Made by a program: the position numbers and the translations under genes. Shown here in pieces: positions 8,398-16,864 of a DNA stretch of 64,000 nt (positions within the stretch are counted from its first letter, which is position 1; every line of letters begins with the position of its first letter). Under the pieces are notes generated by a model, which was given only the letters and a program-made list of their open reading frames with translations, was not told the origin of the DNA and did not search any database. The stretch lies in sequence record ON529855.1; one strand, given 5' to 3'.

Positions 8398-8994
8398 TCA
8401 GTTCAGCTTGAAACGCTCGACCAGCGTCACCACAGCCTCGGGCAGGGTGATGCGATGGCCGGCGTTCAGGCCCAGCAGTTCGTCGGCGATCTCCGCCTTC
8501 TCGCGGCGAATGTCGCGCAGGGCGTCCTCCAGGCCGTCGTAGGCCGAACGGGGGACCCGCACCGAAACGCTGTCGGCGGCGGCGGCGCGAACGCCGGCGG
8601 TCTTGGCGGCCTCGTGCTGCGCCAGGAGGGCTTCGAAGCGGCGCGGGGCCAGGACGACCTCATCGGACGCCGAGGCGGCGGGCGCATAGGCGAAGACCTG
8701 CGTCAGCAGCTTCTCCTTGCGATCGAGCAGCGCCTTGCGGGTCAGGACGTCGTTGATGCCTGAGGTGTGGAAGGCCTTGCCCATCAGGGCGCGCACGGCG
8801 TAGGCGGCCTCGGTCAGCGCCAGGGCGTCCTCCAGGGCGGTGCGCATCGCTTGGGCGGCGGCGTCCACCTTGCCGGCGAAATCGGGGGCCGTGTCGTAGA
8901 TGGAGAACGCCACAGCGTGCTCGGCGGACTGCTTCAGGGCTTCGTCTTGAAGCGATTTGGCGAGCGCGTTGGCTTTGCGCAGATTGACTTGCAT
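8398..8994 (-). CDS. conserved helical/coiled-coil phage protein (198 aa), possibly DIP1984-like
   Basis: Ala/Leu-rich heptad-like helices; MQVNLRKANAL... start and K.EI.DELL.LN...I.L end; SD GGAGGA; own promoter. Confidence 0.75.
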   Translation of the reverse strand: MQVNLRKANALAKSLQDEALKQSAEHAVAFSIYDTAPDFAGKVDAAAQAMRTALEDALALTEAAYAVRALMGKAFHTSGINDVLTRKALLDRKEKLLTQVFAYAPAASASDEVVLAPRRFEALLAQHEAAKTAGVRAAAADSVSVRVPRSAYDGLEDALRDIRREKAEIADELLGLNAGHRITLPEAVVTLVERFKLN

Positions 8995-9019
8995 CGGGTC
9001 CTCCGTAATTCGTTTGCCG

Positions 9020-9049
9020 TGTTTACTGGCACTTGGCGCCGTCTGTCAA
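9020..9049 (-). promoter_or_regulatory. sigma70-like promoter for 198-aa ORF and candidate ncRNA
   Basis: TTGACA (9044-9049) with TAAACA-like -10 about 18 nt downstream. Confidence 0.55.
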
Positions 9050-9056
9050 CTCTTAA

Positions 9057-9392
9057 TCACATCGGTTTCAGCTTGATCATCAGGGGAACGCCGTTGACGT
9101 TGAACCGCACGATCTCCACCCGATCCGCGCGCACCAGCTTCTGGATCGTCGCCGCCGAGAAGCTTTTCTCCTTGAAGGCCCCTTCGGCGTCACGGGGCTG
9201 TCCCATCACGTTGTAGAGCCCGAGGCTGTCGCGCTCCATGGCATGGGAATCGTGGACCGCCATCATCATCAGGGCGATCTCGGCGGCGGGGGCCACAGAG
9301 CCCTTACGCAGGCCGCCCAGGTAGCGGACGACCCGTTCCCGCTGCTGCGCCTGCAACTGCTGGCGAAAGGCGATCTGCGACGCGGTGGGCAT
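9057..9392 (-). CDS. hypothetical protein (111 aa, MPTASQIAF...)
   Basis: Start re-assigned; TGATG coupling at 9392. Confidence 0.6.
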   Translation of the reverse strand: MPTASQIAFRQQLQAQQRERVVRYLGGLRKGSVAPAAEIALMMMAVHDSHAMERDSLGLYNVMGQPRDAEGAFKEKSFSAATIQKLVRADRVEIVRFNVNGVPLMIKLKPM

Positions 9393-9649
9393 CAGAAGGT
9401 CGATTGCATGGCGGCGACATCCAGCACGATCAGGACGCCGGTGTGAACCCGCAGGCGATCGGAGTTGATGCCGGACAGGAAGACGGGGGCCTCGTCGGTG
9501 CCGGGTCGAATGACACAATAGGGCTGCTGCCGCAGGCGTCCGGCGTCAGAGGCGTGTTCAACGAGGGTCCAGGCGACCGCTTCGGCGTCGCCTCGGTCGT
9601 GCCCCAACCGCGTCAGCCAGTCGACGCAGTGGGTGTGGAAATGGCGCAT
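9392..9649 (-). CDS. hypothetical protein (85 aa, MRHFHTH...)
   Basis: Start re-assigned to ATG 9649. Confidence 0.6.
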   Translation of the reverse strand: MRHFHTHCVDWLTRLGHDRGDAEAVAWTLVEHASDAGRLRQQPYCVIRPGTDEAPVFLSGINSDRLRVHTGVLIVLDVAAMQSTF

Positions 9650-9656
9650 GCTCGTC

Positions 9657-10418
9657 CTAGCCGCCGGCTTTCTTGATCGCTTCAGCGAGGGCGGCGGCCT
9701 CGAAGTTCGATAGGTCCTGGCCGAGGCGGTCCTGGATGGAGCGGAGCCCCTCCAGAGTGTCGGCTTGAAGTTGTTTCCGTGCGGCGACTTCAAGAGCGTG
9801 AATGCGATCGCGCTCTTCTCGGTCCGTCTTGTCCTGGAGCGCCTTGGCGCGCGCCCGTTCGGCGCTGTCGATCCGCGCCTGCTTCGCGTCGGCGATGATC
9901 TGCACCACCGCCGCCGGGTTCGGCAGGCGCCCAGCTTTCAGAAAGCGCGGAACGAAAGACGCCATATGCTCGCGGCTCTTCCAGCCGCGCCAGTCGCTGA
10001 CCTCGCTGTCGCCCCACCGCCCGTGATCTTCGTCGGGCTCGACGTCCTGACGCCAGGGCGTCAGCGGCGCCAACTTGCCCATGAGACCGCTATAGCGGCC
10101 CCAGACCGGAAGGTTGCCGCACTCGGGGTTCGGCGGCGGCGGGTTCCAGGCGTGGACGAAGCTGTCGCTGTAGGTTTGCGTGCAGCCATTCGGCACGAGG
10201 GCGGTGAAGACCCACGGCTTGCCGACGCCGATGGGATAGAAGGCGAAGCCCACCAGGTCCTCGCCGACTGTGATCTCCCACTTCGAACGCTGCTGCGGCG
10301 TCAGTTCCGTATTGAAACTGATCCCCAGATCGGGATCGACCTGGGTGAACACGACGTCGACGCCGTCGACCTGATAGGTCTCGACCTTACGCTTGCGCGG
10401 CCTGGCGTCCCCGGTCAA
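9657..10418 (-). CDS. hypothetical protein (253 aa) with C-terminal coiled coil
   Basis: ORF overlapping upstream stop. Confidence 0.7.
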   Translation of the reverse strand: MTGDARPRKRKVETYQVDGVDVVFTQVDPDLGISFNTELTPQQRSKWEITVGEDLVGFAFYPIGVGKPWVFTALVPNGCTQTYSDSFVHAWNPPPPNPECGNLPVWGRYSGLMGKLAPLTPWRQDVEPDEDHGRWGDSEVSDWRGWKSREHMASFVPRFLKAGRLPNPAAVVQIIADAKQARIDSAERARAKALQDKTDREERDRIHALEVAARKQLQADTLEGLRSIQDRLGQDLSNFEAAALAEAIKKAGG

Positions 10419-10642
10419 TCCAGGTCCTTCTCATAGTCGTAGGTCGAGGTCGAATTGCCCTTGGGGTCGACCGAGAAACGCTGCGTGCGGTGTTTGCCCG
10501 TCGTGCGGTTGATCGTCTCGATCTCGACGACGGCGTTGTCGCCGTCCATGTTGTGCCCCAGGTTGGTCAGCACCCATCCGGAACCGGAGGCCCGGTTCTT
10601 GATCGACTGGATGGCGGTGTGTTGATAGTCGTTCGCGGGCAT
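10415..10642 (-). CDS. hypothetical protein (75 aa)
   Basis: ORF. Confidence 0.7.
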   Translation of the reverse strand: MPANDYQHTAIQSIKNRASGSGWVLTNLGHNMDGDNAVVEIETINRTTGKHRTQRFSVDPKGNSTSTYDYEKDLD

Positions 10643-10644
10643 GG

Positions 10645-10698
10645 TCAGAAACTCAGGCAGATGATCAGGAGGCAGGTCAAAAGGGGCAGGGCGCGCAT
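10645..10698 (-). CDS. 17-aa hydrophobic microprotein MRALPLLTCLLIICLSF
   Basis: Strong SD GGAGGACCCC-ATG; stop 2 nt before next ATG; first ORF after a promoter-like gap; below ORF-track cutoff. Confidence 0.55.
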   Translation of the reverse strand: MRALPLLTCLLIICLSF

Positions 10699-10764
10699 GG
10701 GGTCCTCCAAAAAAGTCGTCGGAAGACCCCTATCGCACTGAGTGCCGTTCGTCAACACACGGCG

Positions 10765-11622
10765 TCAGGCGACGCGCAGGCGTTCCACGAAGGGCGCTTC
10801 CAGCGCCATCAGTTCGTCACGCCGCGCGCGCAGGCGTTTGAACTTGTCGCGATAGCCGTCCTGCTTGTCGTATTCCTTGGCGAGGCAGGCGTGGTAGAGG
10901 CGGTCGGCGAAGTCGAACGTCAGCTTGTCCAGGACCGTTTGCAGGCTGTCCTCGGGGATGTCGAGGAGGAAGCGCACGGCGCGGACCACCAGGCGGTGGT
11001 TCGGCTCCTGGATCAGGTCCAGGTATTCGGCCGGGGTGGAAATGCCCGACAGGTTCAGCGCGGCCTCGATGTCGGCGCGCTCGCCGTTATACTTGGCGTA
11101 GTAGCAGAAGATGTGCGGATTGATCAGGCCCTGATCCTTCAGGAAGGCGTCGATCTTGCGCTCATGGGTGCCGGTGATGGTCACATCGTCGACGAACAAC
11201 AGGACCTTGTCCTGGATGAAGTCGCGATTGATGAACAGCTTGTCGGCTTCCAAAAGGGCCTGGCGCTGCTCCTTGGGCAAGAAGGAGTAGTCGGCGATGT
11301 AGGACATGGTCCGATGCATCGTCGTGAACTCGACCATGCGGTGCCCCTCGCGGGTCAGCAGGTCGTTGAGCCGGTTCATGAAGTGTTCGGCCAGGATCGA
11401 GGCGGCGATCGGCACGACGTTGAACGCCGAGGGCACGACCACGCAGCGGTCGGTGATCAGCATGCGCCGGTGCTTGGCGTAGAAGGCGTCCGCCATGGCG
11501 TGGCCGAACTGACGCGCCACGAGATCGGAGCCGAACTTCAGACGCGAGTAGTCCAGCGGGTTGAAGGAAGCGGTGTCGAGGCACGAAAACTCGTGGACGA
11601 CGAACTGGCCTTTGGCGCTCAA
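10765..11622 (-). CDS. phosphoribosyltransferase-like protein (Ter-stress-associated PRTase type)
   Basis: PRPP-binding loop VLLFVDDVTITGTHE; YSRLKFG N-terminal motif; adjacent HAD gene. Confidence 0.75.
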   Translation of the reverse strand: MSAKGQFVVHEFSCLDTASFNPLDYSRLKFGSDLVARQFGHAMADAFYAKHRRMLITDRCVVVPSAFNVVPIAASILAEHFMNRLNDLLTREGHRMVEFTTMHRTMSYIADYSFLPKEQRQALLEADKLFINRDFIQDKVLLFVDDVTITGTHERKIDAFLKDQGLINPHIFCYYAKYNGERADIEAALNLSGISTPAEYLDLIQEPNHRLVVRAVRFLLDIPEDSLQTVLDKLTFDFADRLYHACLAKEYDKQDGYRDKFKRLRARRDELMALEAPFVERLRVA

Positions 11623-12281
11623 GCGATCAATCCTTTCAGCAGGGGCGCAAGGCCCTCGGGGTTGGGGGTGTAGGCGAAGCGGATGCCGTGGGCTTCACAA
11701 CCGCCGTCGCAGATTTCGTTGTCGCCGACGTGAACGATTTCCGTCGGATAGATGTCGATCGCCGAGGCCTTCGCCTTGACGATGCGCCAGAACTCAGGGT
11801 GCGGCTTGGACACCGCGTGGATGTCCGAGAAGACCTTGAAGGCGAAGGGCACGTCCAGCCGGGCCAGGGCGGCCTCATGCAGCACGCGGCCCCGAATGAA
11901 GTTGGTGTTGGAGCCGATCGACACCTGCACGCCGGCCGCATGGACCGCTTGCAGGGCCTCGATCACGTCGGGACGGATGAGGGGCGGATGGGCGCGGAAG
12001 GCCTCCTCCAGACGGCGCTGCAAGGCCCAGGGGATGATGTCCCCGGTCGGGTCGATCGCCAGGGCGAACTTCTTGTAGGTCGCCTCGCTGGTCAGGCCCT
12101 CGCCGCGTTCCTCGGCGGCGCGATCGGCGCCGTCCTTGTGCTCGCGGTAGACCGCCTTGATCTGGTCCAGATCAAACGGGAGGTCGCGGAACACCGCATC
12201 GCGGGCGGTCGAATAGGCGGGGTTGGCGCTGATGATCGTGTTCCACACGTCCAGCGAGATGAGGCGGGGTTTGGCCGTCAT
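11619..12281 (-). CDS. HAD-superfamily hydrolase
   Basis: ISLDVWNTI motif I, SNT motif II, KPHPEFW and HVGDN..CDG motifs; start ATG 12281. Confidence 0.85.
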   Translation of the reverse strand: MTAKPRLISLDVWNTIISANPAYSTARDAVFRDLPFDLDQIKAVYREHKDGADRAAEERGEGLTSEATYKKFALAIDPTGDIIPWALQRRLEEAFRAHPPLIRPDVIEALQAVHAAGVQVSIGSNTNFIRGRVLHEAALARLDVPFAFKVFSDIHAVSKPHPEFWRIVKAKASAIDIYPTEIVHVGDNEICDGGCEAHGIRFAYTPNPEGLAPLLKGLIA

Positions 12282-12565
12282 GGGTGCAGGGTCCTTTCGT
12301 AGGCTTGGCCGATAGCGCGCATGGCGGCGTTGTCTTCCAGGGTGGCGACACGCTCGTTCAGATGGGCGATCATCTCGTAGACGTCGGCCAGGGTGTGGGC
12401 GTGCATGATTACGGGTTCGTTCGGGCGCCGGCGAAGTTCGGCCGCGACGCGCCGGGCTTCCTGCGCCATCAGCCACGGATGAGCGTTCGGCGTCGGGCAG
12501 GGACGCGGCGGCAGGTTGTGGCGTTCGCGCCAGCGCTTCATCCAGCGATTCAGCCGGGCCTTCAA
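12278..12565 (-). CDS. hypothetical protein (95 aa, TTG start)
   Basis: GGAGA SD; TTGA overlap with upstream stop. Confidence 0.55.
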   Translation of the reverse strand: MKARLNRWMKRWRERHNLPPRPCPTPNAHPWLMAQEARRVAAELRRRPNEPVIMHAHTLADVYEMIAHLNERVATLEDNAAMRAIGQAYERTLHP

Positions 12566-12879
12566 GAGGGATTCTCCGCTGCATAGCGCAGAGACTCCAA
12601 CGCGGCCTTGCGGGTTTCGTGCGGGTGACCGCGCCGAAACTGCCCGGCGGCCACGGCATACCACCGGGGCGACTCCCAGCGTCGGGTGACGATGCGTGCG
12701 CCCTTCGGCTTGATGTCGAAGGTGGTCATGTCCTGGAAGACGCGACCGATCGCCGTCCCGTCCGGCAGGGCGACCGCGTAAGATTTCAGCACACGCGGCT
12801 CGCGGTTCCACTTGCCCCAGACGGCGGTGCGTTCCCGCTCCGGCTGGCGGATCAGGGTCAGGGTCGTGAGATCAATCAA
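12562..12879 (-). CDS. hypothetical protein (105 aa, TTG start)
   Basis: AAGGAG SD upstream of TTG 12879. Confidence 0.6.
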   Translation of the reverse strand: MIDLTTLTLIRQPERERTAVWGKWNREPRVLKSYAVALPDGTAIGRVFQDMTTFDIKPKGARIVTRRWESPRWYAVAAGQFRRGHPHETRKAALESLRYAAENPS

Positions 12880-13174
12880 CGTCGTCTCCTTCAGAGCGGG
12901 GCGACAGCGCGCGCCGGCATAGCGCCGCGACCGCGCGGCCGTCATAGGTGGAACGGTAGCCGTAAACGCCGCGCTCGACGTCGCCGTGGACCAGGCCGTG
13001 TTCGAGCAGTTCTTCGAAGATGCGCGCCTGGCGCTTGTTCTGCGGCGCCAGGAGGATCGGCTTGTTCATCAGGATGGCGCTGAAGTAGTCCTGGGCGCAG
13101 ATGTGGGCGGCTTCGTCGGACAGGGCGTTGGCGGTATCGACCAGTCGGTGCAGTCGAACGTCTTCAGGCGCCAT
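12872..13174 (-). CDS. hypothetical protein (100 aa), possible winged helix
   Basis: ORF overlapping neighbours. Confidence 0.6.
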   Translation of the reverse strand: MAPEDVRLHRLVDTANALSDEAAHICAQDYFSAILMNKPILLAPQNKRQARIFEELLEHGLVHGDVERGVYGYRSTYDGRAVAALCRRALSPRSEGDDVD

Positions 13175-13628
13175 CAGCCAACCCGTCGAAGGTGCAGTCG
13201 CTGCATTCGTTTTCCGGCAGGGTCGCGCCGCAGCGCTCGCACTGATCCACCTGCGGCTCGGGCGCCTGGGCGGCCTTGATCTCCAGGGCGCGCTTGCGGC
13301 TCTTCTTCAGCAGGGTCTGCACCGCCGCCATGAACTCGGCCTCGGTCGTCGGCATAGGCACCGAGGCGCCCAGGCTGTTCGCCCAGCGGTCGAAATAGCC
13401 GTCGCAGATGTCCATGCGGTTGATGTGCGGCAGGACGCGGAAGAAGCGGCGATCGTCGGCGCAGTCCTGGATATAGGCGGTGCGGCGCGACGAGGCGTAG
13501 AAATAGCGCATCCGGCGCCAGTCCTTGGCGTAGCGGCGCGAGCACAGGTAGATGCCGGCCTTCTGCGCCCAGTGCCGCGTGGACTTGGGGATCGGGCGGG
13601 TCGGGTCTTCTTCAGCGATCAGGGTCAT
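13164..13628 (-). CDS. hypothetical protein with C-terminal zinc ribbon (154 aa)
   Basis: CERC...ECSDC. Confidence 0.7.
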   Translation of the reverse strand: MTLIAEEDPTRPIPKSTRHWAQKAGIYLCSRRYAKDWRRMRYFYASSRRTAYIQDCADDRRFFRVLPHINRMDICDGYFDRWANSLGASVPMPTTEAEFMAAVQTLLKKSRKRALEIKAAQAPEPQVDQCERCGATLPENECSDCTFDGLADGA

Positions 13629-14140
13629 CGGCCCAGCTTCTCCGTCAATCGTTTCAGTTCCGCCTCGTCGATCGCCCGCTGGCGCACTTTGGCGGCTTCC
13701 GCGTCGGCGATCGCCTTGGCGGCGGCCCTCTCGGCGGCCTCGGCGCGCCGCGCCATCAGGGTTTTCATGCGGTCGGTGTAGGCCAGGACGGTCGGCGAGA
13801 ATTCACGGATCGTGACGACCTCGCAGATGTCGCCGAAGTCGACCGAGACGTATTCGCCGTTTTTGTTCTTGGCGTGCGACGTGTCGTGGTGGTCGTAATA
13901 GCCCGCCATGTATTCGTAGAGGACTTCCAGAGACGGCGCCGTCAGGGTCTCGATGTCGTCTTCGTCGCACCGCGTTTCCAGATAGTTGTCCCGGTCGCGG
14001 TAGTAGGTGGTGTTCGAGGCCAGGACCTGGAAGCGGCGGCCGTCGTCCGCGTCAATCGTCTCGACCGCGCCCGTCGCATCGAAATCTTCGATCGCCTGGG
14101 TCAGGGTAATGCCCGGAACGGGCGGCTCGTTGATGGTCAT
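13625..14140 (-). CDS. hypothetical protein (171 aa) with C-terminal coiled coil
   Basis: ORF, 4-nt overlaps. Confidence 0.7.
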   Translation of the reverse strand: MTINEPPVPGITLTQAIEDFDATGAVETIDADDGRRFQVLASNTTYYRDRDNYLETRCDEDDIETLTAPSLEVLYEYMAGYYDHHDTSHAKNKNGEYVSVDFGDICEVVTIREFSPTVLAYTDRMKTLMARRAEAAERAAAKAIADAEAAKVRQRAIDEAELKRLTEKLGR

Positions 14141-14418
14141 TTGACCCTCCCCTCGTCGATGTCGGCCTGGGAGACCCAGAACTGCGGGTATGAAAACATG
14201 GCGCTGACGTCGCGGCCGAACAGGGCGCCCGGCGGCGGACCGAGATCACGCAGGACCCGTTCGCCGTCGAAATCGATCACGTCATAGAGTTTGGCGAACG
14301 GCAGGGGGCCGTCACGCCCCGTCTGGAGCCCGAAGGTCGCGGGCGGCGTGATGATCTTGCCCAGTTCGCAGACGAGGTTGTCGCCAAAGGCGACGCGCAG
14401 GATGCGGCCCTGGATCAT
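14137..14418 (-). CDS. hypothetical protein (93 aa)
   Basis: ORF, ATGA overlaps. Confidence 0.65.
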   Translation of the reverse strand: MIQGRILRVAFGDNLVCELGKIITPPATFGLQTGRDGPLPFAKLYDVIDFDGERVLRDLGPPPGALFGRDVSAMFSYPQFWVSQADIDEGRVK

Positions 14419-14597
14419 GAGATGCCCTTCTCAACGAGTTCGACGGACTGGACGTAGTTATGGCCCTCGATCTCCTTGATGATGTCTTCCGGCCGCGACC
14501 AGTAGGCGTCAGGATCAGGGTTCAGCAGCACACGCACCTTCAGTTCGATGATGGTGTCCGTGGGCTGGGGCTTGTAGCGGAACCGGTTGCCCATCAC
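14415..14597 (-). CDS. hypothetical protein (60 aa)
   Basis: ORF, overlaps both neighbours. Confidence 0.6.
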   Translation of the reverse strand: MMGNRFRYKPQPTDTIIELKVRVLLNPDPDAYWSRPEDIIKEIEGHNYVQSVELVEKGIS

Positions 14598-15274
14598 GAG
14601 TCTCCGGCGACGACGACACGGTCGAAGCGGGTCACCTCGACCAGGCGCCAGGACGGATCAAGGGCTTGCAGTTCGGCGTGCTCTTGGCGGGCGACGTCGA
14701 GGTCGGTGTAGTCTGACCGATCGCCGGACGCGTGAACGACCTCCCAGTAGACCTCCTTCTCGGCGTCCTTGGGATCATGGGCGGTGCCGCCATAGGCCAG
14801 GCGGTCGTAGACCTCCTTGATCTGATCCATGTCCTCCAGCTTGGTCTCCATGTAGGCCATGGGGATCATGGCGAACTGGCGCTGGTCGATCGGCGTCAGG
14901 TCGCTCCACAGATAGCCCATGACCGGGAAGGCGTCGGCGACATAGTCCATGATGGCGGTGATGCGCTGCTGCCCATCGAGCAACAGGCCGTCGTAGGGGC
15001 TGTCGAGGCCGCCCACGCGGTTGACGATGTAGGCGCCCAGCGGCAGGCGCTGCCAGATCGATTCGATGAACCGCACCTTCTGCTCGGTCGTCCAGACCGG
15101 AGGGCGTTGGAAATCAGGCAGGATGAAGTTGCCCAGCTTGCGCTCGCCGGCGCGCAGCGGGCGATCCCACATGGCGTCTGGGCGGTAGATGCTCACCAGG
15201 GTGCCCGAGGTGTTGCTGGCGCGGAACCAGGGGCGCGGCATCTTGCAGCCTTCGGGGATGGCGGTCTTGGGCAT
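14594..15274 (-). CDS. DUF262 (ParB/Srx-like, GmrS-type) domain protein
   Basis: LPDFQRPPVW...KVRFIESI...LLDGQQRITAI signature; start at ATG 15274 after GGAGG. Confidence 0.85.
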   Translation of the reverse strand: MPKTAIPEGCKMPRPWFRASNTSGTLVSIYRPDAMWDRPLRAGERKLGNFILPDFQRPPVWTTEQKVRFIESIWQRLPLGAYIVNRVGGLDSPYDGLLLDGQQRITAIMDYVADAFPVMGYLWSDLTPIDQRQFAMIPMAYMETKLEDMDQIKEVYDRLAYGGTAHDPKDAEKEVYWEVVHASGDRSDYTDLDVARQEHAELQALDPSWRLVEVTRFDRVVVAGDS

Positions 15275-15302
15275 GGTGTCCTCCAGGTCGTCGTTGATCC
15301 GG

Positions 15303-15331
15303 TGTGTAAAGGAATGATCTGCGGAGATCAA
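15303..15331 (-). promoter_or_regulatory. phage promoter with CATTCCTTTACA motif
   Basis: TTGATC-N17-TACACA. Confidence 0.7.
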
Positions 15332-15333
15332 GC

Positions 15334-15897
15334 CTAGTTCAGCACCTTCTCCACAAAAACCGCGAAGGCTTCATGTGCGGACGCGAAGTCGCGCGAGGTG
15401 AGGCCGTCGGACAGGGCCAGCCCCAGGCGATCCCCTTCCCACAGGATGCGCCAGGTGCCGGGCGTGGCGGTGCGCTCGCCCTTCTCGTCTTCGGTGAACG
15501 CGGCGCGCAGCCGGGCGACCCGGCCCGACTTGACCCGGTCGTAGGCGCCGGCTTTGTAGTCGATGTCGTAGGCGTCGGCGTCACGCTTGCAAATCGAGAA
15601 GGAGTCCAGGCGGGTCATGGGCGCCGCCGCCGGGCGGCTGATCTCGCCATAGGGATTGTCGGTCTCGATGACGCGCACGCCGAAGGATTCCCAGCGCAGG
15701 GTGTGCGGCGCGTGGCGATCCGACGACTTCAGGGTGATGTGGACGATCTTGTTCAGTTGCGAACGGTCCGAGCCGATGACGGACATCAGGTCGATGAGGG
15801 CCTGGTCGTCGCCGGTGGCCGGCGTGGCGCTATCATAGCGCAGCATGTCCAGAGGAAACTCGGCGCTGTAGCGCAGTTCAACCGTAAAGGTGTGCAT
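15334..15897 (-). CDS. hypothetical protein (187 aa; FPLDMLRYD motif)
   Basis: SD GAGGAGG; start ATG 15897. Confidence 0.7.
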   Translation of the reverse strand: MHTFTVELRYSAEFPLDMLRYDSATPATGDDQALIDLMSVIGSDRSQLNKIVHITLKSSDRHAPHTLRWESFGVRVIETDNPYGEISRPAAAPMTRLDSFSICKRDADAYDIDYKAGAYDRVKSGRVARLRAAFTEDEKGERTATPGTWRILWEGDRLGLALSDGLTSRDFASAHEAFAVFVEKVLN

Positions 15898-15925
15898 GGG
15901 GTCCTCCTCTTGCGTCGTCCAGGCG

Positions 15926-15954
15926 GCTGTAAAGGAACCCCATGCGTCTGTCAA
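15926..15954 (-). promoter_or_regulatory. phage promoter with TTCCTTTACA motif
   Basis: TTGACA-N17-TACAGC. Confidence 0.75.
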
Positions 15955-15966
15955 CGGACGCGGTCA

Positions 15967-16299
15967 TTATTTCCGGCGGCGGAACTCGCGCACCTGGACA
16001 GCCTTGGCCTCGAAATAGACGTCGGGGCCGCCGGATTTCAGCGGCTTTTCAACGAAGGTGCGGGTCTTGGTGTCCTGCATCAGGCGCAGGTGCCCGCTGC
16101 GGGTCAAGACGTCCAGGTGGCGCTCGGCGGCGCGGTCGCCTTCAAAGCGGTAGCGATCGTCGTAGTAGGTCTCGTCGCCGCCGCGTCGCGGCCGCGCCAC
16201 GGGCTTGATGTGGTAGATCGCAGAGACGGTGAAGGTGTCGCCGACGGCGGGGGCGACCTTCTTGAGATAGGCGCGGTTGGCGCGGGTCAGCAGGGTCAT
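15967..16299 (-). CDS. hypothetical protein (110 aa)
   Basis: ORF, ATGA overlap. Confidence 0.65.
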   Translation of the reverse strand: MTLLTRANRAYLKKVAPAVGDTFTVSAIYHIKPVARPRRGGDETYYDDRYRFEGDRAAERHLDVLTRSGHLRLMQDTKTRTFVEKPLKSGGPDVYFEAKAVQVREFRRRK

Positions 16300-16553
16300 G
16301 CCGTCTGGAATCCTCGACTATCAAAGGGCGCGAATTTCGATGTGAACCCGCTGTCGCCCAGGCAGCCAGCAGCGATCTTGGCGTGGATCGACACCTCTTC
16401 GCGATCCAGTTCGCGGGACCATGCCAGAAGACCTAAGAGTCGGATTTCCAGACGGAGGATATTGAAGTGGGTTGGGTATCGCCCGATGTAGCCACGTTCC
16501 TCGTGATACTCGGTGCGCGCAACCACACGCCGACGCTTCTGAATGATTTTCAC
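16296..16553 (-). CDS. hypothetical protein (85 aa, GTG start)
   Basis: GAGGAGG SD; GTGA overlap. Confidence 0.6.
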   Translation of the reverse strand: MKIIQKRRRVVARTEYHEERGYIGRYPTHFNILRLEIRLLGLLAWSRELDREEVSIHAKIAAGCLGDSGFTSKFAPFDSRGFQTA

Positions 16554-16855
16554 GATGGAGCCTCCTCTAGGGCCTTGACCTTGGTGACGACGCCCGGCGC
16601 CAGGACCATCAGGGCCTTGGCGCCGCACGGCAGGATGCCGGCGGGGTCGTAGACGAACCGCCCAACATAGTCCCCGGCCTCGGTCCACAGTTCGATCTCA
16701 TGGCCGTATTCGGGGTCGATCGACGAGCGGCCGCGCGACAGCTTCAACGGCGGATCGTTCTTCGCGTGCTTGCGATTCGAATCGATCGTCCCCCGATTGA
16801 CGTGGATCGTTCGGTCCTGGGGCGTGATCGGCGCGATGGCGCTCATCTTGGACAA
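16550..16855 (-). CDS. hypothetical protein (~100 aa)
   Basis: IHVNR..I..N.K....PP...Y.P...L.CGA pattern seen in phage proteins. Confidence 0.7.
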   Translation of the reverse strand: MSKMSAIAPITPQDRTIHVNRGTIDSNRKHAKNDPPLKLSRGRSSIDPEYGHEIELWTEAGDYVGRFVYDPAGILPCGAKALMVLAPGVVTKVKALEEAPS

Positions 16856-16864
16856 GCGGAACTC

